Positions 40,118-48,127 of a stretch of DNA of 48,209 nucleotides are shown here, in pieces. The stretch is from contig CAZGCC010000001.1 of assembly GCA_964524195.1 (NCBI GenBank), forward strand, positions 1 to 48,209, written 5' to 3'. Under the pieces are notes generated by a model, which worked only from the letters and a program-made list of their open reading frames with translations, was not told the origin of the DNA and made no database searches. Position 1 is the stretch's first letter; each line of letters starts with the position of its first letter. A program made the position numbers and the translations under genes. This stretch comes from an uncultured bacterium. GTDB taxonomy: Bacteria > Omnitrophota > Omnitrophia > Omnitrophales > Aquincolibacteriaceae.

Positions 40118-42181
40118 ATGAACGACCCTTCGCAGAAGAGATATTTTGACCGGGAGCTTTCGTGGATCCAATTCAACTCTCGCGTTTTGGCGGAAGCGAT
40201 GGATTCCTCGAACCCTGTTTTGGAGCGACTCAAGTTCGTCGGGATCGTAAGCTCGAATTTCGACGAATTTTTCATGGTCCGGGTCGCCGGCATTCTCCCG
40301 GAGGATCCGCTACTTTGGGAGATCTATCAGCAGGCGTTCTCGTTGATCCACCGGCAGCAGCTTTATTTTAAAGAAATTCTGATCCCCGAACTGGAAGCGG
40401 CCGGCATTGCCAAGACCCTCCCCCAAGCTCTCAATGAGAAGCAGTTCGCCTATGTTAAAAATCTTTTTTTGACCGAGCTTTTTCCTCTTCTTACCCCGCT
40501 CGCGGTCCACGGGGATCAGCCTTTTCCCAATCTTGCGAATCTGAGCCTTTATCGCATTTTTGAAATAACGGGATCCGAAGACCCTGCTGCCGCGCGTTAT
40601 GCTTTGGTTGAGATCCCCAAAAATTTTCCGCGCTTGATCACGCTTCCGTCCGAATCTGTGCACACCTTTATTTTAACCGAAGAGGTGATAGGCCTTTTTC
40701 CCAAGGAACTCTTCCCGGGCTTTGGGGTCGGAAGGCAGGGGTCTCTAAGGGTGACGCGATGCGCGGAATTTACGATCGATGAAGAAAAGGACGAAGACCT
40801 TGCCAAGCTCATGAGCGAAGCGCTGCGGTCACGAAGGGGAAGTCCCGTGGTCCGTCTTGAGATCGACGCTCCCGAGGATATGACGGATCATTTGAAGCGG
40901 AAAATGGGACTTCAAGAATATCAGGTCTTTAAAAATTCGGGATGGCTCGATCTCAAGGGGATCTCCCAGATAGCCTTTCAGCCCGGGTTCGAGAAACTGA
41001 AGCGTCCCGAGTGGATCCCCCGTCCTGTTCCGGAAATGACAGAGTCCCGCGATCTTTGGGCCCTGCTCAGGGAAAAAGATGTGCTCGCGCACTATCCTTA
41101 CGATTCCTTCAGCGTTTTTCGCCGCTTCATATCGGCCGCGGCGGAAGATCCGGATGTTCTGGCGATCAAACAGACGCTCTACAGAACGGGGCACCACTCT
41201 CCGGTCATTAAAGCGCTTGAGAAGGCGGTTGAGAACGGAAAGCAGGTCACGGTCCTTGTGGAATTGAAAGCCCGTTTTGATGAAGAGCAGAATATCGAAG
41301 AAGCCCGGCGGCTTGAAAGAGCAGGGGCTACGGTCCTCTACGGGGTCGTCGGTCTCAAGACCCATTCCAAGATTTGTTTGATCGTTCGCCGCGAGGCCGC
41401 AGGGATCAAGCGCTACTTGCACCTTGGGACGGGGAACTATAACGAAAAAACGGCACAGATTTATTCCGACCTGAACCTTTTTACCAGCCAAGAGGAACTG
41501 GGGGCGGAAGCGAGTTCTTTTTTCAACCTGATAACGGGTTTTTCAAGCCCCGGGCATTTTTCCCATCTGGAAATAGCCCCTTACGGATTGCGGCGCAGGC
41601 TCTTGCGGCTGATCTTCCGCGAGTCCGCCCAAACCACGCCCGATCGCCCGGGGCTCATCATTGCCAAAATGAATTCCTTGGTGGAGAAGGAGATCATCGA
41701 TGCCCTTTACCGGGCGTCCCAAAAGGGGGTCCGGATCAGACTCAATGTCCGGGGCATTTGCTGTCTCCGTCCGGGGGTCGCGGGGCTCAGCGAAAATATC
41801 GAAGTGGTCAGCGTTGTCGATATGTTCCTGGAACACAGCCGGATCTTTTATTTTTTGAACGCAGGGGACGAAGAGGTCTATCTTTCCAGCGCCGATTGGA
41901 TGCCGAGGAATTTTGACAAACGGCTTGAACTCATGTTCCCTATTCTTGATAAAAAGCACAGAAAAGCCATTATTCAACTGCTGAACGCGTATCTGAAGGA
42001 CAACCAAAAATCCTGGGAGCTTCTTCCGGAAGGGGATTACCGGAAAAAAGACCCCGGGGCCGAAAAGAAGTTCCGGGTCCAGGAATTCCTGTGTCAGCAG
42101 GCCCTTGAGGCCGAGAGCCTGCATGAAAAACAACTTACTTTGGAGCTTAAGCCGCAAAGACCCAAACGGGAGACTTTATGA
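40118..42181 (+). CDS. ppk1: Polyphosphate kinase 1
   Basis: YFDRELSWIQFN.RVL.EA, SNFDEFFMVRV, ELKARFDEE.NI, LKTHSKICLIVR, GTGNYN and EHSRIFYF. Confidence 0.95.
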   Translation: MNDPSQKRYFDRELSWIQFNSRVLAEAMDSSNPVLERLKFVGIVSSNFDEFFMVRVAGILPEDPLLWEIYQQAFSLIHRQQLYFKEILIPELEAAGIAKTLPQALNEKQFAYVKNLFLTELFPLLTPLAVHGDQPFPNLANLSLYRIFEITGSEDPAAARYALVEIPKNFPRLITLPSESVHTFILTEEVIGLFPKELFPGFGVGRQGSLRVTRCAEFTIDEEKDEDLAKLMSEALRSRRGSPVVRLEIDAPEDMTDHLKRKMGLQEYQVFKNSGWLDLKGISQIAFQPGFEKLKRPEWIPRPVPEMTESRDLWALLREKDVLAHYPYDSFSVFRRFISAAAEDPDVLAIKQTLYRTGHHSPVIKALEKAVENGKQVTVLVELKARFDEEQNIEEARRLERAGATVLYGVVGLKTHSKICLIVRREAAGIKRYLHLGTGNYNEKTAQIYSDLNLFTSQEELGAEASSFFNLITGFSSPGHFSHLEIAPYGLRRRLLRLIFRESAQTTPDRPGLIIAKMNSLVEKEIIDALYRASQKGVRIRLNVRGICCLRPGVAGLSENIEVVSVVDMFLEHSRIFYFLNAGDEEVYLSSADWMPRNFDKRLELMFPILDKKHRKAIIQLLNAYLKDNQKSWELLPEGDYRKKDPGAEKKFRVQEFLCQQALEAESLHEKQLTLELKPQRPKRETL

Positions 42182-42717
42182 AAAGGATCATCGCCTCCGG
42201 ACTGACCGTGTTCTTTTTTTGTTCTCTGGCGTTCGCGGGCCCGGCATTGGACCAAGATGCAAAGCTGAAGAGCGCGGAAAAACCGCTAAAGGCCGATTTG
42301 ACGCTTGTCGCTTCTCCGATCTGGGCCAGAAGCATTAAAGCGGGCGGCACGGTCAACGCGCTTGAAAAGCCCGCGGACGAAATGCCGCCCGTGTGGACTT
42401 CCGTTCTTTTCCGTGTCGAAAAAGTCCTGTCGGGAGAGTTCAAGATTCCCAAGAGCCAGGAGATCTCTTTATGGAGCCAGATGAAAGACGCCGCGGAGGA
42501 CAAGAACCTCCTCAAGCTTCTGACCATGGATTTTGAAAAACCCGCAGAGGACGGCGACGACAAAGAATGGCTTTCGATCGCGGTGATCGATCCCTACGCT
42601 TCATTCGGCGTCCGTGAAGGGGAGCCCCCCGCCTCTCGCCAACGCTACAAACTTTCTCTCGCCCAAGTCCATAAAGATCCCGACAGTTTTATTCTCGTGA
42701 AAAGCGAAAAGCTTTAA
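42178..42717 (+). CDS. Hypothetical secreted protein, translationally coupled to ppk1
   Basis: ATGA overlap with the ppk1 stop. GGGAG Shine-Dalgarno. Signal peptide ...SLAFA|GP. No family recognised. Confidence 0.6.
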   Translation: MKRIIASGLTVFFFCSLAFAGPALDQDAKLKSAEKPLKADLTLVASPIWARSIKAGGTVNALEKPADEMPPVWTSVLFRVEKVLSGEFKIPKSQEISLWSQMKDAAEDKNLLKLLTMDFEKPAEDGDDKEWLSIAVIDPYASFGVREGEPPASRQRYKLSLAQVHKDPDSFILVKSEKL

Positions 42718-42823
42718 AAGAACCATCAACAAAAACTTTGGCTCATCCCGGAAGATTTGATTTCTCGAGGCGCAAAGATTACAATCAACCGTCAAAGAGT
42801 CGTGGCATAACACCAACCCAAGG

Positions 42824-43384
42824 ATGATCACGATGAAACCTTCTGCTTTCTCCATTTTCTTCTATTTGGCGGTCGCTAGCTTTTGTTTCTCCGGGGCCGG
42901 AGTTCTTTGGGCCGAGGATTCTGCTTCCGCCAAAGAGAAGCTCCGCTCGCTGAGCGACCAGATTATCGAGGCGGATGAAAAAGAGGACCTTCCGGCCGCG
43001 CTTCTGGCCGCGGAGGAGGCTGTCAGGGTGGCAAAGGAAGAAATTGGCCCCACAAGTTTGAAAGCCGCGGACGCCATGAACAATCTGGCCAATCTCTATA
43101 TGATCGCAAACCGGGCCCCGGAGGCCGCGAAGCTCTACCAACAGGCGATCCTGATCAATGTTGAAAAGATGGATCCCAATAGCACTGACATGGCGGAGAT
43201 CTACTCTAACCTCGGCGCCGCTTACGCAATGCAGAAAAAATACAAGGTCGCCATCGATATCCTCAGAAAAGCCCGGGCCATTTATCTGGAAAAACAGGGC
43301 CTCGCCGGTGAGGAGTCAAAAAGAACAGAAGAAATGATCACGGAGCTGACGAGGATCGTTTATCCGGAAGAAGAGAGGCTCTGA
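42824..43384 (+). CDS. Secreted TPR-repeat protein (paralog 1)
   Basis: Signal peptide, then NNLANLY....A..LY..A and the SNLGAAYAMQKKY..A TPR pattern. Alternative ATG at 42833. Confidence 0.7.
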   Translation: MITMKPSAFSIFFYLAVASFCFSGAGVLWAEDSASAKEKLRSLSDQIIEADEKEDLPAALLAAEEAVRVAKEEIGPTSLKAADAMNNLANLYMIANRAPEAAKLYQQAILINVEKMDPNSTDMAEIYSNLGAAYAMQKKYKVAIDILRKARAIYLEKQGLAGEESKRTEEMITELTRIVYPEEERL

Positions 43385-43519
43385 AGCCCGGCCGCATTTT
43401 TTCGCGCGCCATTAATTTAGCCTTGTCGCGTGTTCTCTGCGCAATTGCCTCCTGCCCTGCAATCGATTACAATCCTGCCATGTTCTCTAAACAGATCCTT
43501 CTGCCGATCCGGAGGTTTA

Positions 43520-44074
43520 ATGTTTAAAAAAAACACGATCTTATCGCGGCTCTTATTGGGAGTTATTTGCTGCCTTGTGATCCCACCGGGAGCCTTGTTC
43601 GCCAAAGACGCGCGCGCTGCGGAGGCGAAGATCTTGGCCTTAAATAGCGAGATCATTGCGGCCAACGAACGAAGGGACTTGCCGGCCGCGCTCCGGGCGG
43701 CTGAGGAAGCCGTGCGGGTCGCGAAAGAAGAGTTTGGTCCAGAGAGCCTGGAAGCCGCAGGGACCATGAGCAATCTGGGGAGTCTCTACCTCCACATCAA
43801 GCGGGCGGCCGAGGCCGAAGCGATCTATCTGAAGATCATTCAGATCGAGATTGAAAGATCGGACCCCGAAGGCGCCGGCATTGCGGCGGCCTATTTCAAT
43901 CTTGGCGCGGCGTACGCAATGCAGCAAAAATATAGCGAAGCGGTCGAAGTCCTCAAAAGATCACAAGCGATAAGACGGAAGGCGCTCGGCCCGGATGATG
44001 TCGCGACAAAGAACGCGGAGCAAATGATCGCAAGTCTGACGAAGCTGGCTTCTTCGAAGAAGGGAGAAAATTGA
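43520..44074 (+). CDS. Secreted TPR-repeat protein (paralog 2, tandem duplicate)
   Basis: GGAGG Shine-Dalgarno before ATG 43520. Collinear with paralog 1 (DLPAAL.AAEEAVRVAKEE.GP.SL.AA..M.NL..LY ... NLGAAYAMQ.KY). Confidence 0.7.
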   Translation: MFKKNTILSRLLLGVICCLVIPPGALFAKDARAAEAKILALNSEIIAANERRDLPAALRAAEEAVRVAKEEFGPESLEAAGTMSNLGSLYLHIKRAAEAEAIYLKIIQIEIERSDPEGAGIAAAYFNLGAAYAMQQKYSEAVEVLKRSQAIRRKALGPDDVATKNAEQMIASLTKLASSKKGEN

Positions 44075-44167
44075 AGCCCCAAGCTATCCCTGGCATCTCG
44101 CAAAGCGAGCTCAGGTCTGGGTTCTTTTTTTGGGGAAACGCAAGCATGATGCGGTGGGAGGGTTATT

Positions 44168-45025
44168 ATGAGCAAGAAGGATGAGCATATAAAGAAAGCT
44201 ATGAAGGAGATCCTGAAGAAAAAGAGCGGAAGGCTCGCGGGCCTGCCCAAGAAGATCAAGAACAAGATCTATAATAAAGAGATCGAACGGCTTCAAACCG
44301 AGATGGTAAAGCTGGAAGAGTGGATCAAGCATAAAGGCCTGAAGGTGGTAGTGATCTTTGAGGGGCGCGACGCGGCCGGAAAAGGGGGAGTGATCAAGCG
44401 GATCACGGCGCGTACGAACCCGCGCATTGTCCGGATTGCGGCTTTGGGGACCCCCACGGAGAGGGAAAAAACGCAATGGTATTTTCAACGGTATGCCGCG
44501 TACCTTCCGGCCGCCGGGGAGGTAGTGCTTTTTGACCGCAGCTGGTACAACCGCGCGGGGGTGGAACGCGTTATGGGTTTTTGTACGGATGCAGAATACC
44601 GGGATTTTTTGAACTTCTGTCCGCAATTCGAAAAAGAGCTGATCCGCTCCGGAACCATCCTCATTAAATACTGGTTTTCGGTCAGTGACAGTGTCCAGGA
44701 AGAACGGTTCCAGGAAAGGCTCAAGGATCCCGCGCGGCGTTGGAAACTCAGCCCGATGGACCTTGAAGCCCGGGCCCGCTGGGTAGACTACTCCAGGGCC
44801 AAAGATGTGATGTTCGAGTACACGGACACCCAGGATTCTCCCTGGCATGTGGTGGATTCGAACGATAAAAAACGCGCGCGGCTCAACTGCATGGCGCATC
44901 TTTTGGCCCAGATCCCTTACAAAGATGTGACCCAAAAAAAGCTCGTCATCCCGAAGCGCCAGAAAGATTGTGGCTACAAGCGCCCGCCTTTGCATAAGCA
45001 AAAGTTTGTCCCCGAAGTCTATTAA
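44168..45025 (+). CDS. ppk2: Polyphosphate kinase 2 (single-domain PPK2)
   Basis: VVIFEGRDAAGKGG.IKRIT, NPR, ERE...WYFQRY...LPAAGE.V.FDRSWYNRAGVE.VMGF and the lid region. Confidence 0.9.
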   Translation: MSKKDEHIKKAMKEILKKKSGRLAGLPKKIKNKIYNKEIERLQTEMVKLEEWIKHKGLKVVVIFEGRDAAGKGGVIKRITARTNPRIVRIAALGTPTEREKTQWYFQRYAAYLPAAGEVVLFDRSWYNRAGVERVMGFCTDAEYRDFLNFCPQFEKELIRSGTILIKYWFSVSDSVQEERFQERLKDPARRWKLSPMDLEARARWVDYSRAKDVMFEYTDTQDSPWHVVDSNDKKRARLNCMAHLLAQIPYKDVTQKKLVIPKRQKDCGYKRPPLHKQKFVPEVY

Positions 45026-45094
45026 GAGCCTGTTCTGATGTCAGCCAGGAACGGTTCTCCTTCAGGAAAACCATTCCTGAAAGCTTGATCGCCT

Positions 45095-45139
45095 GACAGA
45101 TCACTAAGGACAGGCTCTCTTTCGTCCTCAGGATCTGTC
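45095..45139. repeat. Long imperfect hairpin downstream of ppk2; possibly a diverged relative of the family-2 element
   Basis: GACAGATCACTAAGGAC pairs with GTCCTCAGGATCTGTC (about 16 bp, one mismatch, one bulge). It shares GACAGA..TCACT.AA and TCTGTCCC strings with 46813-46853. Confidence 0.35.
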
Positions 45140-45167
45140 CCTGCATGTCAACCGAACACCCCTTTTC

Positions 45168-45221
45168 ATTACAATCTCTTTACATTCCCATCACAAAGAC
45201 CTGACAGCTGCTTTCTATACT
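45168..45221 (+). promoter_or_regulatory. Triple phased Pho-box-like hexamers plus a -10-like hexamer upstream of the porin gene
   Basis: ATTACA (45168), TTTACA (45179) and ATCACA (45190), all 11-bp phased. TATACT at 45216 is 26 nt from the last hexamer start. Confidence 0.55.
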
Positions 45222-45293
45222 CCCGCCATCAAAATCAAAAGAGCGGAAGATGATTCTGCTCCACGAACCCCGATCAAGGGAGGAGAAACAAAA

Positions 45294-46703
45294 ATGAAGA
45301 AATCAATTTTGAGGATGATCAGTCTTGCCATGATCTCCCTCTTCGCCATAAGCCAGACGGCTTTTGCGGATGAGGCGCAGCTCATGAAAATGGTAAGCGA
45401 AATGCAAAAACAGATGACCGACCTGCAAAGCACGGTCGCGATGCAAAAGGCCGAGATCTCTGCTTTGAAAACGCAGGGGCCTAAGATCCAGATGGCTGCG
45501 GGCGGCGTCGAAGCACCGGCGATCGACGAAGAAGCGTTCAAAGCGCAGTTCGACAAGAACCTCAAAGGCAAGATCGGCGAATCTGACAAGTGGCTCAAAG
45601 ACCTTAAGTTCAAAGGCGATCTTCGCATGCGTTTTGAGCCCGCTCATAATACCCGGGCGACTACAGCCGATGTGAATCGTTTCCGATTTCGTCTTCGCTA
45701 TGGATTCGAAAAGAAGTTCAGCGACGAGTTCCGGGCCGGCTTTATGATGGCTTCTGGAAGCACTACCGATCCCACTTCCACGAACCAAAGCTTTGATTCA
45801 GCTTTTGCGAACAAAACCATAACCATTGATAAGGCTTACGCGATCTATAATCCTAAATGGGCTCTGATCGGTCCTATTTCGGATGTTGAGATCGGTGTAG
45901 GCAAGGTTGAAAATCCTCTTACCCAGGTGCATTCCTGGCTAACCTGGGATGGCGATGTAACGCCTGAAGGTATTTACGAGAAAACAAGCGCACGCCTCTT
46001 TAAGACCGAAAACCTGACGACAGATATTGAAGGTTTGGCGGGTCAGTGGATAATCAATGAAAACGCCACGCGGGGGGCAAATCTCGGGGATGCCGAACTA
46101 TTTACCTTTTCAGGAGGTCTTGTTAACAAGTTTACGCACGAGAATCTGAAAAATCCGATCACCCTCAAGAACTATGTGAACTATGAATTCTCGAGAGGTA
46201 TTGGGAAAGTAGGCACGCCCACAGCCACTTCGTATTCCATAGATGGCGTAAACATGAGAACCAATGATTTGTATACCGTGATCAATACAGGCGATCTCGG
46301 TGTTTTGAGCTTTTATAACGAACTGTCCTGGAAGATCGATCCTCTGCCGAAGTTCAAGTTGTTCTACGAATACGGGCAGAACACAAAGGCTCATATGCAG
46401 AACGATCGGGAGCGTCATCTTTATGTTGTTGGCGCAAAGCTCGGCTCCGCAAAGAAAAAGGGTGAGTGGGAGCTCGGGTACACCTACGGGCACCTTGAGA
46501 AGAACTCTACCTTCAGCGTTTGGGCGGACTCAGACTTTGGTTTTACCAATCGCAAGGGGAGCGTCGTCAAGGCTGGTTATGCATTGACGGATTACCTGAC
46601 GCTTAATGGGGCTGGATTTTTTACCCAGAACATTATTGATTCGACGAATAATAGCCCAAGCGCCCAGCAGCTTTTTCAGCTGGATTTGGTGTGGAAGTTT
46701 TAA
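45294..46703 (+). CDS. Outer-membrane beta-barrel porin with an N-terminal coiled coil (possibly anion/phosphate-selective)
   Basis: GGGAGGAG Shine-Dalgarno. Signal peptide ending AFA|DE, then about 40 aa of coiled coil. Alternating beta-strand pattern with C-terminal ...LDLVWKF (terminal Phe). It sits between ppk2 and pstS. Confidence 0.6.
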   Translation: MKKSILRMISLAMISLFAISQTAFADEAQLMKMVSEMQKQMTDLQSTVAMQKAEISALKTQGPKIQMAAGGVEAPAIDEEAFKAQFDKNLKGKIGESDKWLKDLKFKGDLRMRFEPAHNTRATTADVNRFRFRLRYGFEKKFSDEFRAGFMMASGSTTDPTSTNQSFDSAFANKTITIDKAYAIYNPKWALIGPISDVEIGVGKVENPLTQVHSWLTWDGDVTPEGIYEKTSARLFKTENLTTDIEGLAGQWIINENATRGANLGDAELFTFSGGLVNKFTHENLKNPITLKNYVNYEFSRGIGKVGTPTATSYSIDGVNMRTNDLYTVINTGDLGVLSFYNELSWKIDPLPKFKLFYEYGQNTKAHMQNDRERHLYVVGAKLGSAKKKGEWELGYTYGHLEKNSTFSVWADSDFGFTNRKGSVVKAGYALTDYLTLNGAGFFTQNIIDSTNNSPSAQQLFQLDLVWKF

Positions 46704-46812
46704 GGAGCAAAAGGATATGGAGCCAGTTCTCATGATCTTCAGAGCGGGTGGTTCCTCCCTTGGTTCCCAATGCCCAGTGGGGGCTGGCTCCGCAGTTTTT
46801 GTAAAGTAGCGG

Positions 46813-46853
46813 TCTCAGGGGACAGACAATCACTGAATGTCTGTCCCCTGAGA
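46813..46853. repeat. Family-2 conserved hairpin, copy 1 (porin-pstS intergenic)
   Basis: TCTCAGGGGACAGACA-ATCACTGAA-TGTCTGTCCCCTGAGA forms a perfect 16-bp stem. Confidence 0.7.
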
Positions 46854-46892
46854 AAGTAATCGAAATAACAAACAACAAAAAAAGAGGTTCCT

Positions 46893-47843
46893 ATGAAAAA
46901 GTGGCTAAGCAGTTTAATGATCATGGCAATGCTTGCGCCGTCGGTTCCGGCGTTGGCGGCAGAAGTGGACCCGGCGATCGCGGATTACGCGCAAACAAGC
47001 GGTGTTTCCGGGAATCTGAACAGCATTGGATCCGATACGCTCAACAACCTCAATACCTACTGGGCGGAAGGTTTTAAGGCGATTTATCCCAATGTGAACA
47101 TTCAGATCGAAGGCAAAGGTTCCACGACCGCTCCTCCGGCATTGACTGAAGGAACGGCTCAGCTCGGTCCTATGAGCCGACCCATGAAGTCTGAAGAGAT
47201 CGAATCGTTCGAAAAGAAGTACGGTTATAAGCCGACGCAGATCCGCGTTGCGATCGACAACTTGGCCGTGTTCGTCAACAAGGACAACCCGGTCAATAGC
47301 CTGACTATGGAAGAAGTAGACGGTATTTTCTCCAAGACCTTCAAGCAGGGCGGGGATGATATCCGCAAGTGGGGTGCGGTGCTTGGAGCGAGAGGAGAGT
47401 GGACCAATAAGCCGATCTCGCTTTACGGTCGCAACAGCGCTTCCGGGACTTACGGCTATTTCAAGGAGAAGGCTCTCAAAAAAGGCGATTACAAGGACAC
47501 GGTTAAGGAACAGCCGGGATCTTCAGCAGTGATCCAGGCCATCGCGAGCGATCTTGGCGGGATCGGCTACTCCGGGATCGGGTATCTGACCTCGGGTGTC
47601 AAGGCGGTCAAGATCAACGGCGTTGCGCCGTCGATGGAAAATGCCGTGGCGGGGAAATATCCTCTTGCGCGGTTCCTCAATATCTATGTGAATAAAAAAC
47701 CAGGTGAACCGGTGGATACTCTGACGCTCGAGTTCCTGAAGTTTGTGCTCTCGAAGAAGGGTCAGGAGATCGTTGTGAAAGACGGGTTCTATCCGCTCAA
47801 TCCGGATCTGGTCAATGAGGAATTAGCGAAGTTGACCAAGTAG
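46893..47843 (+). CDS. pstS: Phosphate ABC transporter substrate-binding protein
   Basis: Signal peptide. GSDTL.NL...WAEGF...YP.V.I...GKGS.T and SASGTY.YF are PstS-family (PBP-like 2) motifs. Confidence 0.85.
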   Translation: MKKWLSSLMIMAMLAPSVPALAAEVDPAIADYAQTSGVSGNLNSIGSDTLNNLNTYWAEGFKAIYPNVNIQIEGKGSTTAPPALTEGTAQLGPMSRPMKSEEIESFEKKYGYKPTQIRVAIDNLAVFVNKDNPVNSLTMEEVDGIFSKTFKQGGDDIRKWGAVLGARGEWTNKPISLYGRNSASGTYGYFKEKALKKGDYKDTVKEQPGSSAVIQAIASDLGGIGYSGIGYLTSGVKAVKINGVAPSMENAVAGKYPLARFLNIYVNKKPGEPVDTLTLEFLKFVLSKKGQEIVVKDGFYPLNPDLVNEELAKLTK

Positions 47844-47871
47844 TAGTTAAGATAGTGTTGCGAGTAAAACC

Positions 47872-47912
47872 GTCCCAATACTTATCAATTTCTGCAGAGC
47901 AGAAATTGGGGC
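47872..47912. repeat. Family-1 conserved 41-nt hairpin element, copy B
   Basis: GTCCCAATACTTATCAATTTCTGCAGAGCAGAAATTGGGGC. The lower stem and GGGGC tail are identical to copy A, and the 5' box differs at one position. The upper stem changes from CAA/TTG to CTGC/GCAG. Confidence 0.7.
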
Positions 47913-48014
47913 GGTTCTGGTTGCCGTTGAGTAAAAGAAAAAGATAACCAGGACCGGTCCTAATGCGGCCGGTAGAGCCCGGGCAGATAGCTTGGGGCGT
48001 CTCGCGATACGGCG

Positions 48015-48056
48015 AAAAGACAGGCGCTTCGCGGAAGTTGAAGCGCCTGTCTTTTT
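48015..48056 (+). terminator. Rho-independent terminator
   Basis: AAAAGACAGGCGCTTC-GCGGAAGTT-GAAGCGCCTGTCTTTT forms a 16-bp perfect stem running into a T-tract. Confidence 0.7.
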
Positions 48057-48096
48057 CGACTATCATGCCCCGGGACAGAGATGCTTTCATTTTTTA

Positions 48097-48127
48097 GGGG
48101 GCAGGCAGTCATTTAATGCCTGTCCCC
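48097..48127. repeat. Family-2 conserved hairpin, copy 2
   Basis: GGGGGCAGGCA-GTCATTTAA-TGCCTGTCCCC. Relative to copy 1 there is one compensatory pair change (A-T to G-C) and one change to a G-U pair. Loop length is the same. Confidence 0.65.

Noticed and set aside
42778-42795. ATTACA-tcaa-CCGTCA upstream of TPR paralog 1 (and ATTACA at 43466 upstream of paralog 2) as Pho boxes
   Set aside because: The second hexamers do not match and the spacing is off by one. The shared GATTACAATC string is better explained by the tandem duplication having copied upstream sequence.
44111-45001. 296-aa minus-strand ORF opposite ppk2
   Set aside because: It is antisense to a gene with the diagnostic PPK2 Walker-A and lid motifs.
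46763-46784. GTTCCCAATGCCCAGTGGGGGC as a third, minimal copy of the family-1 element
   Set aside because: Only the terminal CCCAAT and GGGGC strings are shared. The conserved ACTT box and the CAATTTC/GAAATTG stem are missing.
46717-46809. 30-codon ORF (MEPVLMIFRAGGSSLGSQCPVGAGSAVFVK) with AAGGAG upstream, between the porin gene and pstS
   Set aside because: The spacing is plausible, but the AAGGAG overlaps the porin stop and the region forms extensive inverted repeats (GGAGCCAG...CTGGCTCC). Without conservation data I treat it as non-coding.
47812-48090. 92-aa minus-strand ORF overlapping the pstS 3' end and the structured spacer
   Set aside because: It spans hairpin elements and a terminator, overlaps the pstS stop region, and has no motifs.
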